Shown: positions 8,749-17,495 of the stretch, one piece after another
Numbering within the stretch: position 1 is the first letter of the stretch
Layout: every line of letters begins with the position of its first letter
Source of the DNA: Candidatus Xenobia bacterium
Lineage (GTDB): Bacteria; Vulcanimicrobiota; Xenobia; Xenobiales; QWHO01
Assembly (NCBI GenBank): GCA_045863235.1
Contig: BTUM01000016.1
Location: 53,527 to 117,526 of the forward strand
Length of the DNA stretch: 64,000 bases
Reading direction: 5' to 3'
The notes under the pieces: model-generated
Told to the model about the DNA's origin: nothing
The model's input: the letters and a program-made list of their open reading frames with translations, nothing else
Database searches by the model: none
Made by a program: the position numbers and the translations under genes

Positions 8749-9701
8749 TCGCCCGCCTGGGGGGCGTGATGCTGGCTGGATTGCTGGGGCTGGCCGTCTG
8801 CCTGGTACTGGCCGTCTCGCTGGGCAGCGTAAGCATCAACCTGCTCGACCTCAACGACGTGAGCCGGGCCATCCTGCGCGACATCCGCCTGCCGCGAGCG
8901 CTGCTGGGAGCCTGCGTGGGCGCCTGCCTGGCCAGCGCCGGGGTGGCCTTCCAGGCTCTCTTGCGCAACCCGCTGGCCGACCCCTACGTGGTGGGCGCCA
9001 GCTCGGGGGCGGCCCTGGGGGCGGCCCTGGCCATCCTGCTGGGACTCACCGCCGTGCTGCCCCTGGCCGCCTTCGCCGGGGCCGTGGGAGCCATGCTGTT
9101 CATCGTGCGCCTGGCCCGTATCGGAGGCGCCCTGCCGGTGGACACGTTCCTGCTGGCGGGCGTGGTGGTGGGATCGTTCCTCTGGTCGCTGGTGAGCTTC
9201 ATGCTCACCATGGCCCGCCAGGACATGGCCCGCATCGTGTTCTGGCTCATGGGCAGCCTGGCCGATGCGCGCTGGAGCCAGCTGCCGCTCATCCTCCCCT
9301 ACCTGGTTCTGGGCCTGGGCGGGCTCTACTATGCGGCCCTGAGCCTGAACCTGCTGACCCTGGGCGAGGAGGCGGCCATCCCCCTCGGGCTGCCGGCCGA
9401 GCGCGCCAAGCTGTGGGTCTTGCTGGCGGCCACCCTGCTGACCGCGGCGGCCGTCTCGGTGAGCGGGCTGATCGGTTTTCTGGGTCTGATCGTGCCCCAT
9501 CTTTGTCGGGGCCTGGTCGGGCCCGACCATCGCCTGTTGCTGCCTGCGGCCGCCCTTGGGGGGGCCATGTTCCTGGTCTTGTGCGATACCCTGGCACGCA
9601 GCCTGCGCTCCGGCCTGGAGCTGCCGGTGGGCGTGATCACCGCCCTGTTGGGGGCGCCATTCTTCTTCTGGCTGCTCTACAGCCGCCGGAGGCTTACGTG
9701 A
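8745..9701 (+). CDS. btuC: Cobalamin/iron-chelate ABC transporter permease (FecCD family)
   Basis: IRLPR, RNPLADPYVVGASSGA, GLIGFLGLIVPH, ELPVGVITALLGAPFF. Confidence 0.88.
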   Translation: MIARLGGVMLAGLLGLAVCLVLAVSLGSVSINLLDLNDVSRAILRDIRLPRALLGACVGACLASAGVAFQALLRNPLADPYVVGASSGAALGAALAILLGLTAVLPLAAFAGAVGAMLFIVRLARIGGALPVDTFLLAGVVVGSFLWSLVSFMLTMARQDMARIVFWLMGSLADARWSQLPLILPYLVLGLGGLYYAALSLNLLTLGEEAAIPLGLPAERAKLWVLLAATLLTAAAVSVSGLIGFLGLIVPHLCRGLVGPDHRLLLPAAALGGAMFLVLCDTLARSLRSGLELPVGVITALLGAPFFFWLLYSRRRLT

Positions 9702-10489
9702 GCCTGCGCGGCTCGGACCTGACCTGCAGCTACGGCTCCACCCTGGCCCTGAACAAGGTGTCCTTGCAGCTCGAGCCGGGCGAGCTGGTGGGAATTCTGG
9801 GGCCCAACGGCTCGGGCAAGTCCACCCTGCTCAAGGTGCTGGCCGGGGTGCTGCTCCCTGCCAGCGGACAGGTGCTGCTGGAGGAGCGGCCCCTGAGCGA
9901 TTACCGGCGCCGCGAGCTGGCCTGCCGGCTGGCCTACGTCCCTCAGCAGGTGGAGCTGCCCTTTCCCTTTCGCTGCCGTGAGCTGGTCATGATGGGGCGC
10001 TACGCCCGCATGCGCGGCCCGGGACTGCAGGAGGGCGCCCACCTGGAGGCGGTGCGGCAAGCCATGCGGGCAACCGGGGTGGAAGCGCTGGCCGAGCGAC
10101 GCTTCGGCGAGCTTTCGGGGGGAGAGGCCCAGCGCGTGCGCATCGCCCAGGCCCTGGCCCAGGAGGGCCAGACGATGCTGCTCGACGAGCCCACCTCCCA
10201 CCTGGACGTGGCCTTCCAGCTAGAGCTGATGGGACTGCTGTCCTCCCTGGCGGCCCGGGGACAGGCTCTGGCGGCTTCCCTGCACGACCTCAACCTGGCG
10301 GCTCTGTTCTGCCACAGGCTGGTGCTGCTGAAGGCCGGCCAGGTGGTAGCTTCCGGCGTCCCGGCCGAGGTCCTTACGGTGGAGAGGCTCGAGCAGGCCT
10401 TTGGGGTGCGGTTGGAGGTGCAGCCCGGTCCCCCGGTCCGGGTCTTCGCCAGGAATCCGGAGCCGGTTGGGGAAACGCCGGCGCTATGA
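9698..10489 (+). CDS. btuD: Cobalamin/iron-chelate ABC transporter ATPase
   Basis: GTG start overlapping the permease stop; GPNGSGKST, LSGGEAQRV, LLDEPTSHLD, HDLNLA. Confidence 0.88.
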   Translation: MSLRGSDLTCSYGSTLALNKVSLQLEPGELVGILGPNGSGKSTLLKVLAGVLLPASGQVLLEERPLSDYRRRELACRLAYVPQQVELPFPFRCRELVMMGRYARMRGPGLQEGAHLEAVRQAMRATGVEALAERRFGELSGGEAQRVRIAQALAQEGQTMLLDEPTSHLDVAFQLELMGLLSSLAARGQALAASLHDLNLAALFCHRLVLLKAGQVVASGVPAEVLTVERLEQAFGVRLEVQPGPPVRVFARNPEPVGETPAL

Positions 10490-11715
10490 AAATGACTCGC
10501 TATGCCCAGATGCTCTTGCTGCTCCTGCTGACCGCCTTCGTGGTGGCCTGCGGCGACGGCGGCAACAATAACGCCAACAACAACGACGACGACGTTCCCG
10601 AACCGGTCAACTTCTCCACTATCCAGGTGAATTTCGCCCTGGCGCGGGCCGTACCGGCCAACGTGACCTCGTTTCGCTTCAGCGGCCGCAACTCCGTGGG
10701 CACATTGATCTTTGGACCTGAGAACCGGGCCAAGGCCAGCACCATCATCCTGACCGTCCCGGTGGAGATGACCAACCTCCAGATCGAGTATCTCGCCGGC
10801 GATACCGTGGTCGGCACCTACGGCCAGGCCGTGGTGCTGACCCAGGGCCTGACGGTGTTCATCGAGGATCCCAACTTTGCGGACGTGGGCAGCGGCAACG
10901 ACCAGAACCCCGGCAACCAGAGCGCGCTGCAGCGTCTCAACCAGTTGCGCTCGATCGCCGGGGTGGGCGCCGTGACCGAGAGCGGCACCCTGAGCGAGGG
11001 CTGCGGCAACCACGCCATTTACATGGTCAAGAACAACGAGATCACCCACACCGAAGATCCCGCCAAGCAGGCCTTCACCCAGTCGGGCGCGGAGGCGGCC
11101 CAGCAGAGCAACCTGTCGGTGACCACTCAGTTCCAGCGGCCCGTCAACGAGATGATCGACGAGCTGATGGTGGCTCCGTTCCACGGGCTCGGTTTCATCG
11201 ACCCGCGCCTGACCCAGACCGGCATCGGCTACTACACCGAGTCGCGCGGAACGAACGAAATTCAGAGCGCCCTGGCGGTCAACATCCTGGCCGCTCTGAA
11301 CGGCAGCGGGACCTATCCGGTGATCTGGCCCAATAACGGCCAGAGCGTGAACCTGCGTCAGTTCAACGGCAACGAGTCACCCGACCCGCTGACCAGCCTG
11401 CCGGGATTCACCGCTCCCACCGGGCTCCCTATCTACGTGTTGCTCGGCACGGGCGGCATCACGCCGAACGTGACCGACTTCTCGGTGGTGGAAGCGGGCA
11501 CCGGCCCGCTCGAGGTGGGCGAGATCGACGAGACCAACTACGTCAACCCGAACGGCCAGGTGCAGAACCTGGGACGGGCCATCCTGAACGCGCGCGACGC
11601 GGTGATCCTGATCCCGAAGAGCCCGCTGGTGGGTGGCAAGACCTACAACTGCTCGCTGACGGTCAATGGCGTGAACCTGATCTGGAGCTTCTCGGTCAGC
11701 TCGAACGCTCCGTAG
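10486..11715 (+). CDS. Lipoprotein with CAP/SCP-like domain
   Basis: Lipobox VVAC; LNQLRSIAGV..NHAIYM..HTED..SNL..PFH..GIGY pattern; ATGA overlap with btuD. Confidence 0.7.
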   Translation: MKMTRYAQMLLLLLLTAFVVACGDGGNNNANNNDDDVPEPVNFSTIQVNFALARAVPANVTSFRFSGRNSVGTLIFGPENRAKASTIILTVPVEMTNLQIEYLAGDTVVGTYGQAVVLTQGLTVFIEDPNFADVGSGNDQNPGNQSALQRLNQLRSIAGVGAVTESGTLSEGCGNHAIYMVKNNEITHTEDPAKQAFTQSGAEAAQQSNLSVTTQFQRPVNEMIDELMVAPFHGLGFIDPRLTQTGIGYYTESRGTNEIQSALAVNILAALNGSGTYPVIWPNNGQSVNLRQFNGNESPDPLTSLPGFTAPTGLPIYVLLGTGGITPNVTDFSVVEAGTGPLEVGEIDETNYVNPNGQVQNLGRAILNARDAVILIPKSPLVGGKTYNCSLTVNGVNLIWSFSVSSNAP

Positions 11716-11734
11716 GGAGGAGCTGAGACGGGCT

Positions 11735-11772
11735 GAGCACCCGGTGCGCCAGCGCGCCGGGTGCTCTTTTTT
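11735..11772 (+). terminator. Intrinsic terminator
   Basis: GAGCACCCGGTGCGC / GCGCGCCGGGTGCTC stem followed by T6. Confidence 0.85.
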
Positions 11773-11783
11773 CCCGCCCTGAA

Positions 11784-12230
11784 CTACGACTTGTCGCCCT
11801 CATGAGCCAGCAGCCAGCGCTTGATCTCCAGGCCCCCGGCGTAGCCGGTGAGTTGGCCGTCGCTGCCGATGACCCGATGGCAGGGCACCACGATGGCCAG
11901 CGGATTGCGAGCGTTGGCCGCGCCCACGGCCCGCACCGCGCGCGGTCGGCCGATCCGCTGGGCCACCTCGGCGTAGCTGGCGGTCTGGCCGAATGGGATC
12001 CTGATCAGAGCGCTCCAGACCTCCATTTGAAAGGGAGTCCCGCTTGCCCCAAGCGGGAGGTCGAAGGTCCGCCGGCTTCCGGCAAAGTACTCCTCGAGCT
12101 GGCGACGCGCTTCGTGCAGCACCGGTTCGCCGGATTTTCCGTCCGAGGACTCGCCGAACAGGATCTCCACCAGCCGGTTGTGCCGAGCGGTCAGGGTCAG
12201 CGGCCCGAGCGGGCTCTCCATGGTCAACAT
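11784..12230 (-). CDS. ogt: Methylated-DNA--protein-cysteine methyltransferase
   Basis: GTPFQ..VW, AVRAVGAANARNP, PCHRV active site. Confidence 0.92.
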   Translation of the reverse strand: MLTMESPLGPLTLTARHNRLVEILFGESSDGKSGEPVLHEARRQLEEYFAGSRRTFDLPLGASGTPFQMEVWSALIRIPFGQTASYAEVAQRIGRPRAVRAVGAANARNPLAIVVPCHRVIGSDGQLTGYAGGLEIKRWLLAHEGDKS

Positions 12231-13585
12231 CAGGGCAAGGTTCCTTTCGTCCAGAGATGCATGACAGCGTAGGCCCGCCAGGGGCGCCAGCGCTCGGCCA
12301 GCTCGAGGGCTTTCGGGCCCAGCAGCTTGCGAACGCCCAGGTCGGCCTGAGGAAACGCGTCCGGCCAGTGGAGGGCTCGCAGGGCCACGTAATGCGAGGT
12401 CCAGGGCCCAATTCCGGGAAGGCTCTCCAGCTTGCTCAGCGTTTCCTGGAGCGGCTGACTGCCGTCGAGGCGCAGCTCGCCTGCAGCCACCTGGCCGGCC
12501 AGGCCCACCAGACTGCGGGCCCGCGCCGTGGGCAGACCCAAGGAGGCGAGCTCCTCGGGGTCTTCGCCGGCCAGCGACTCCGGGCTGGGGAAGAAGCCTC
12601 CGTAGCGGGCCACCAGGCGCCCCGCCAGCGTAGTGGCGGCGCGCACGCTGACCTGCTGGCCCAACACGGCCCGCAGCGCCATTTCGAACGGGTCGAATGC
12701 CCCCGGCACGCGCAGTCCGGCATCATAGCCCGGCCCCAGCACCAGCGCAATCTCGGCCGGATGGGCGTCCAGGTCGAAGAGGTGGCGCAAGCGGGCGCGC
12801 AAGCTCAGCGTCTGACGGGCCATGGCAAGCGGCAGGCGAGCCACCAGTGCGGGCTTGCCGGGGTGGTGACGGACCAGGATCTCACCCTGCGGGGTCAGAC
12901 GGCGAACCTCATGCTCGCTCACCGACTCCAGGCCGGGCACGGCCCGGGCGCGCAGAAACGCGAGCATCCCGGCCCAATCATAAGGTGGACGGTAGTCCAA
13001 GCGAAGGCTCAGTCCGCTGGTCGGCCCGCATTCTCGGCGCAGCGAGGAAGGGGGCCGACCGAATTGCTCCTGGAACAACGCATTGAAGCGGCGCAGGCTG
13101 CCGAACCCGCAGGCGAACGCGACCTCGGTCAGGCTCAGCTCGGAGTCGCGCAGCAACTGGCGGGCCATCGCCAGACGCCGGGTCTGGGCCAGGCCCACCG
13201 GCGAAACACCCAGCTCGCTCTGCACCGAGCGGCGCAGATGGCGTGCGCTCACACCGAGCCTTCCAGCCAGATCTTCCAGGGACGCCTCATTCAGGAACCC
13301 TTCGTCGATCAGCTTCACGGCCGACCGCACCAGGCGCGAGACCGAGTCCACCGGCGCGTGCCCGGGCGCCAGCTCAGGGCGGCAACGCAGGCAAGCCCGG
13401 TAGCCGGCCCGCTCAGCCTGGGCCGCGCTGGCATAAAACGCGCAGCTCTGGCGGGCCGGGCGACGGGCGGGGCAGATGGGGCGACAGTAGATCCGGGTGC
13501 TGGACACGGCCACGAAGAACTGCCCGTCGAATCGGGGGTCTCGAGCCGACAGAGCCCGGTAGCAAGTCTCGTCATCCAGCGTCAC
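12230..13585 (-). CDS. alkA: Ada Zn-binding/AraC + AlkA DNA-3-methyladenine glycosylase fusion
   Basis: IYCRPIC..ACLRCRP, AraC HTH (CGFGSLRRFN), AlkA_N, VLGQQVS, LPGIGPWT HhH, WRPWRAYA. Confidence 0.9.
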   Translation of the reverse strand: MTLDDETCYRALSARDPRFDGQFFVAVSSTRIYCRPICPARRPARQSCAFYASAAQAERAGYRACLRCRPELAPGHAPVDSVSRLVRSAVKLIDEGFLNEASLEDLAGRLGVSARHLRRSVQSELGVSPVGLAQTRRLAMARQLLRDSELSLTEVAFACGFGSLRRFNALFQEQFGRPPSSLRRECGPTSGLSLRLDYRPPYDWAGMLAFLRARAVPGLESVSEHEVRRLTPQGEILVRHHPGKPALVARLPLAMARQTLSLRARLRHLFDLDAHPAEIALVLGPGYDAGLRVPGAFDPFEMALRAVLGQQVSVRAATTLAGRLVARYGGFFPSPESLAGEDPEELASLGLPTARARSLVGLAGQVAAGELRLDGSQPLQETLSKLESLPGIGPWTSHYVALRALHWPDAFPQADLGVRKLLGPKALELAERWRPWRAYAVMHLWTKGTLP

Positions 13586-13753
13586 CAGGCCACTCTAGCA
13601 CGACCGTGGGAGGGGTGTCTCGCCGTTTTCGGACCTGACAAGAGCTGAGGCGGTGCAGAAGGCTCTGCTCGTTCATCGAATGGCAAATTTCGGGCAATCT
13701 CGCAGCAAGGAACCGGCAACAATCCATTAACCGAGTTCTGCCAAGCTGATCCT

Positions 13754-14605
13754 ATGAAGCTCTACCAACCTCTCCACCTCTATCTACGGAACCTGCGCAC
13801 CCGGGCCGGGCTGAGTCAGCTTCAGCTGGCCATCCTCTCGAGCGTGGATGCAAGGCGGGTCTGCGATTACGAGCAGGGCTTGCGCAAACCATCCCCGGCT
13901 CACCTCGAGCTCATGGCTCCGCATCTTAAGACAGACTTTCCGGCGCTGCTGCTCCACCCCGACCTCTGGCGCAGCCGCTCCACTCGGGACAAATGGTTCC
14001 AGGACAAGCATCATTTCTGGCCTGATATCGAGCGGTTCGGCCACGAGCGATTGAGGTCCGCCGTGGCTGCCTTTGGCCCGGGGATCAGGCGGCTCGTCGA
14101 CAGTTGCTCGGAATCTGGCAAAGCGTTCCTGACCCTGACCCCGAGCGACTCCAGCCCGGAATGGACGTTCCAGTTGAAGCATATCGTGGGGGGAACCGAG
14201 CCATCTCTCGCCTCGCCGCTCGGGATCCAATTCCGTCGCCACTTCGTGACCCACCCGAAGGAGTATCGCTATGTGGGCGACTGCTCGGTGCCCTGCCTGA
14301 TCGGAGCTTGCGCCAACGTGCGCTACATTCTGATCCCCAAAGTGAGCGTGCGCACCTTCGACCATCCCGACTTTCCCATCACGATGGATTTTCTTTGCGG
14401 TGTCCGCGAGCCCCGTCAGCCCATTCACCACCTGAACGTGGAGGTGGACGGCACAGGCCACGATCCTCGTTGGGATGCCAGGCGCCAGAAGGCCCTCGCG
14501 ATGCACACCGTGCGGTTCACGCAGGAGGACATCGGGAGAGCGGACTTCCTGGACCTGTTCCACGGCCGGATCATCCCGTATGCCAATCTCTCGCGAGCAG
14601 CCTGA
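13754..14605 (+). CDS. XRE-family HTH fused to a DUF559/Vsr-like nuclease-fold domain
   Basis: LRTRAGLSQLQLA..YEQGLRKPS at the N-terminus; DF..VEVDGTGH..D.RR..L..VRF at the C-terminus. Confidence 0.65.
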   Translation: MKLYQPLHLYLRNLRTRAGLSQLQLAILSSVDARRVCDYEQGLRKPSPAHLELMAPHLKTDFPALLLHPDLWRSRSTRDKWFQDKHHFWPDIERFGHERLRSAVAAFGPGIRRLVDSCSESGKAFLTLTPSDSSPEWTFQLKHIVGGTEPSLASPLGIQFRRHFVTHPKEYRYVGDCSVPCLIGACANVRYILIPKVSVRTFDHPDFPITMDFLCGVREPRQPIHHLNVEVDGTGHDPRWDARRQKALAMHTVRFTQEDIGRADFLDLFHGRIIPYANLSRAA

Positions 14606-14966
14606 CGATCCCAGATTTTCTGCGGATCCCCCGTCGGGGCGTGGGATATCCCACGCTCAGCATGGGGATCCACACTCTGCCAGGGGATCCCACTTTGGGC
14701 CGGGATCCGGTCCGGAGGCCGGCCGCCTCCACAGAGAAAGGCTCACGAGCACGACCACCCCAAGCTGTTCACAATCCGAGTTGCCACGAGAGAGACGCAG
14801 CAGGGGCGCGTGGCGCATCGGTCCCAGGCCCGAGACGCCCAACAACATCATCCTCCGCGACCGTCCGCACACCCTGTACCACGAGCTGACGCACAACCTG
14901 GATTCCGCGGAAGGACATTGGTACAATCGCTACTGTACGCGTCGTGACAGCATGGTTGCCGGGTGC

Positions 14967-15962
14967 TCAGCAGCGAGCGCCAACCGCTCCCCGCGCTGGG
15001 CGCAACCGGACCATCACTCCGCCCACCTGCACCGCCTGGTCGCCCTCCACGATGCCGCTCCCGGTGCCCTCGATGCTCCACTCGCGGACCTTCTGGGCCT
15101 CCTTGTCGGCCTCTCGGAAGAGCTCCAACTGCGGTTGCCAGCGGTCCAGGATCTCGAGCTGCTTGTCCTGGTCATGGATGATGAGGACGGGCAGGATGGC
15201 CAGTCCGAGCGCCGCGATAGGGAACCCGATGGCCGGGTGGCCCGACCCCGCGATCAGCATCCCGATCCCGAAGGCCCAGGGCGACGCCGAGCCGATGCGA
15301 CCGAGCAGCGCGTCGCGCTGCTTGATCTCGAGGCGCTTGCGCTCCAGGGTCTTGTCGTCGGGACCTTTGAGCCGCTTGAGGTCCTTCTTCAGGAGCTCGC
15401 GCGCCGGTGAGGCTTCGGGCTTGTGCTCCGACTCGAGCACGGTCCGAGTCGCGCGCAGCAGGCTGCGCAGCTGGCCGAGCGTGGCCTCACCACCCAGCGA
15501 GACCGTGGGCGACGCGACCGGGCTCCCGGTGGCCGGCGAGAAGCTCCTGGCGTCGAGCTCCTCCTGCAGGGCTTTGTCCGCCTCCAGAGCCATCTCCCGG
15601 TCCACCTGTTCGACGACGGACCAGAGGCCCACTCCCATGGAGCCTGCGAGACACCCGAAGGAGGCGAGAGTGCCCAGCACCCCGTTCGGCTCTCGCGAGA
15701 TCAGGGTGACCAGCCCGGCCAGGAACGCTCCGCTCAAGAGGAGCTTGCCACCGAGCTTGTAGGTCGCCTTGCGGGCCTGGGAGCGGAGGTGTCGCTGCAC
15801 GTCCTGCACCGTGTCGCCCGGGTTCTTCTCCAGCACGTCGATGCGCTGCTTCACCTGACGGTAGGCGATGTCGGTGGCCGGGTTGGACAGGTGCGGCTCC
15901 AGGCGGGTGGCCCGCTGGCGAAGGTCCTCCAGAAGGTGGGACTTGGCGACCTGCACATGCAT
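14967..15962 (-). CDS. Hypothetical membrane protein with internal duplication and the shared C-terminal motif
   Basis: Start reassigned to ATG 15962 (MHVQVAK) from promoter geometry; two helical + hydrophobic-hairpin units; tail IVEGDQAVQVGGVMVRLR. Confidence 0.7.
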   Translation of the reverse strand: MHVQVAKSHLLEDLRQRATRLEPHLSNPATDIAYRQVKQRIDVLEKNPGDTVQDVQRHLRSQARKATYKLGGKLLLSGAFLAGLVTLISREPNGVLGTLASFGCLAGSMGVGLWSVVEQVDREMALEADKALQEELDARSFSPATGSPVASPTVSLGGEATLGQLRSLLRATRTVLESEHKPEASPARELLKKDLKRLKGPDDKTLERKRLEIKQRDALLGRIGSASPWAFGIGMLIAGSGHPAIGFPIAALGLAILPVLIIHDQDKQLEILDRWQPQLELFREADKEAQKVREWSIEGTGSGIVEGDQAVQVGGVMVRLRPARGAVGARC

Positions 15963-15970
15963 GGCGCCAC

Positions 15971-16003
15971 AGTCTGCACTCCGAGGCTGAAAAAAACCTG
16001 AAA
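15971..16003 (-). promoter_or_regulatory. TTTCAG-N5-TTTCAG promoter element, copy 2
   Basis: TTTCAG gtttt TTTCAG, N10, CAGACT, N8, ATG 15962. Confidence 0.72.
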
Positions 16004-16090
16004 TGGCCTGCCCGCCCACGCCAGAGTCCGACCAGGATCGCGCGAGCGCTGAACAGGACTCCAGCTCCCGCTCCTCCAACCACCACCCTC

Positions 16091-16726
16091 ATGGAAGGTT
16101 ACTACACCGAGCTTCTGGCCGCGTTCGTGCGGGGCAAGCTGGGCCTGGCAGGCGAAGCGGGCCTGGACGATCTCATGCAGCAGGCCCGAGCCCACGAGCT
16201 GCGCACCCACAAGTTCAAACGCTCGGCCGCGCTGCCCCGAGTGCGCAAAGTGTTGGGTGTGCTGCAGCAGCTACGACCGGCCAGCCTGCTCGACTTCGGC
16301 ACCGGGCGCGGGGTGTTCTTGTGGCCGCTGCTCGACGAGTTGCCCGAGCTCGCGGTGACGTGCCTTGACCTGCGCCCGGACCGCATCGAAGACTTGCAGG
16401 CGGTGTCCAGGGGCGGCATCGGACGGTTGACCGCTCGACAGGCTGACCTCGCGCGGCCGCTCGACTTTCCCGACCAGAGCTTCGACGTGGTGACGGCGCT
16501 GGAAGTGCTCGAGCACATGCCTGACCCTCTCCCGGCCGTGCGCGAGGCGGTCCGCGTTGCCCGCCAGGCCGTCATCGTCAGCGTGCCCTCGCAAGAAGAC
16601 GACAATCCCGAGCACTTGCGGCTGTACACGCAAGACTCCCTGCAGAAGCTGCTCTACCAGGGCGGGGCGAGCAAGGTGCGGGTGGAGTACGTGCTCAACC
16701 ACATGGTGGCGGTGGCCCGTGCATAA
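16091..16726 (+). CDS. Class I SAM-dependent methyltransferase
   Basis: LLDFGTGRG, FDVVTALEVLEHM, VIVSVP..PEH. Confidence 0.85.
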   Translation: MEGYYTELLAAFVRGKLGLAGEAGLDDLMQQARAHELRTHKFKRSAALPRVRKVLGVLQQLRPASLLDFGTGRGVFLWPLLDELPELAVTCLDLRPDRIEDLQAVSRGGIGRLTARQADLARPLDFPDQSFDVVTALEVLEHMPDPLPAVREAVRVARQAVIVSVPSQEDDNPEHLRLYTQDSLQKLLYQGGASKVRVEYVLNHMVAVARA

Positions 16727-17495
16727 GTATCCCCGCACCCACCACCTGGAGGGCTCGCGCCGCCAGCCCGGGGACGAAGAGCTCGAGGACGTGCCCTACA
16801 CGGCCGTGAGCGGCCGCCACCTGGTGGTGGAGGAGAAGCTCGACGGCGCCAACTGTGCCCTCAGCTTCGAGCCCGATGGCGAGCTCTTGCTGCAGAGCCG
16901 GGGGCACTACCTGACCGGAGGAGGCCGAGAACGCCATTTCGCCCTGCTGAAGACCTGGGCTGCCTGCCACCAGGCCAGGCTGTTCGAGCGTCTGAGGCAC
17001 CGCTACGTCGTCTACGGAGAGTGGCTCTACGCCAAGCACACCGTCTACTATGACCGCCTCCCCCACTACTTTCTCGAATTCGACGTGCTCGACACCGAGA
17101 CGGGCGTCTTCCTCTCGACGCCGCGTCGGCGCGAGCTGCTTGAGGGGCTGCCCGTCGTGTCGGTGCCGGTGCTGCACGAGGGCCAGGCTCCCTCTCTGAA
17201 ACAACTGATCGCGATGATCCGCCCCTCGCTCTACAAGTCGCCCGGCTGGCTCGAGAGCTTGAGCGAGCAGTGCGCCCAGCACGGGCTCGACCCCGAGCAA
17301 GCCGCTCAGGAGACCGATCCCGAAGACCTGAGCGAGGGGCTCTACCTCAAGGTCGAACAAGAGGGCCAGGTGCAGGCTCGCTACAAGCTGGTGCGGGCCA
17401 GCTTTCTCACCGCCGTGCTCGACTCGGGCAGCCACTGGCTGAGCCGGCCCATCCTGCCCAACCGCCTGGCCGACGGGGTGGATCTCTATGCTTGA
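16719..17495 (+). CDS. ATP-dependent RNA ligase family protein
   Basis: GTG start overlapping the methyltransferase; KYPRT.H, EEKLDGAN (motif I), YGEW, EFDV, EGLYLK, YKLV. Confidence 0.85.
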   Translation: MHKYPRTHHLEGSRRQPGDEELEDVPYTAVSGRHLVVEEKLDGANCALSFEPDGELLLQSRGHYLTGGGRERHFALLKTWAACHQARLFERLRHRYVVYGEWLYAKHTVYYDRLPHYFLEFDVLDTETGVFLSTPRRRELLEGLPVVSVPVLHEGQAPSLKQLIAMIRPSLYKSPGWLESLSEQCAQHGLDPEQAAQETDPEDLSEGLYLKVEQEGQVQARYKLVRASFLTAVLDSGSHWLSRPILPNRLADGVDLYA

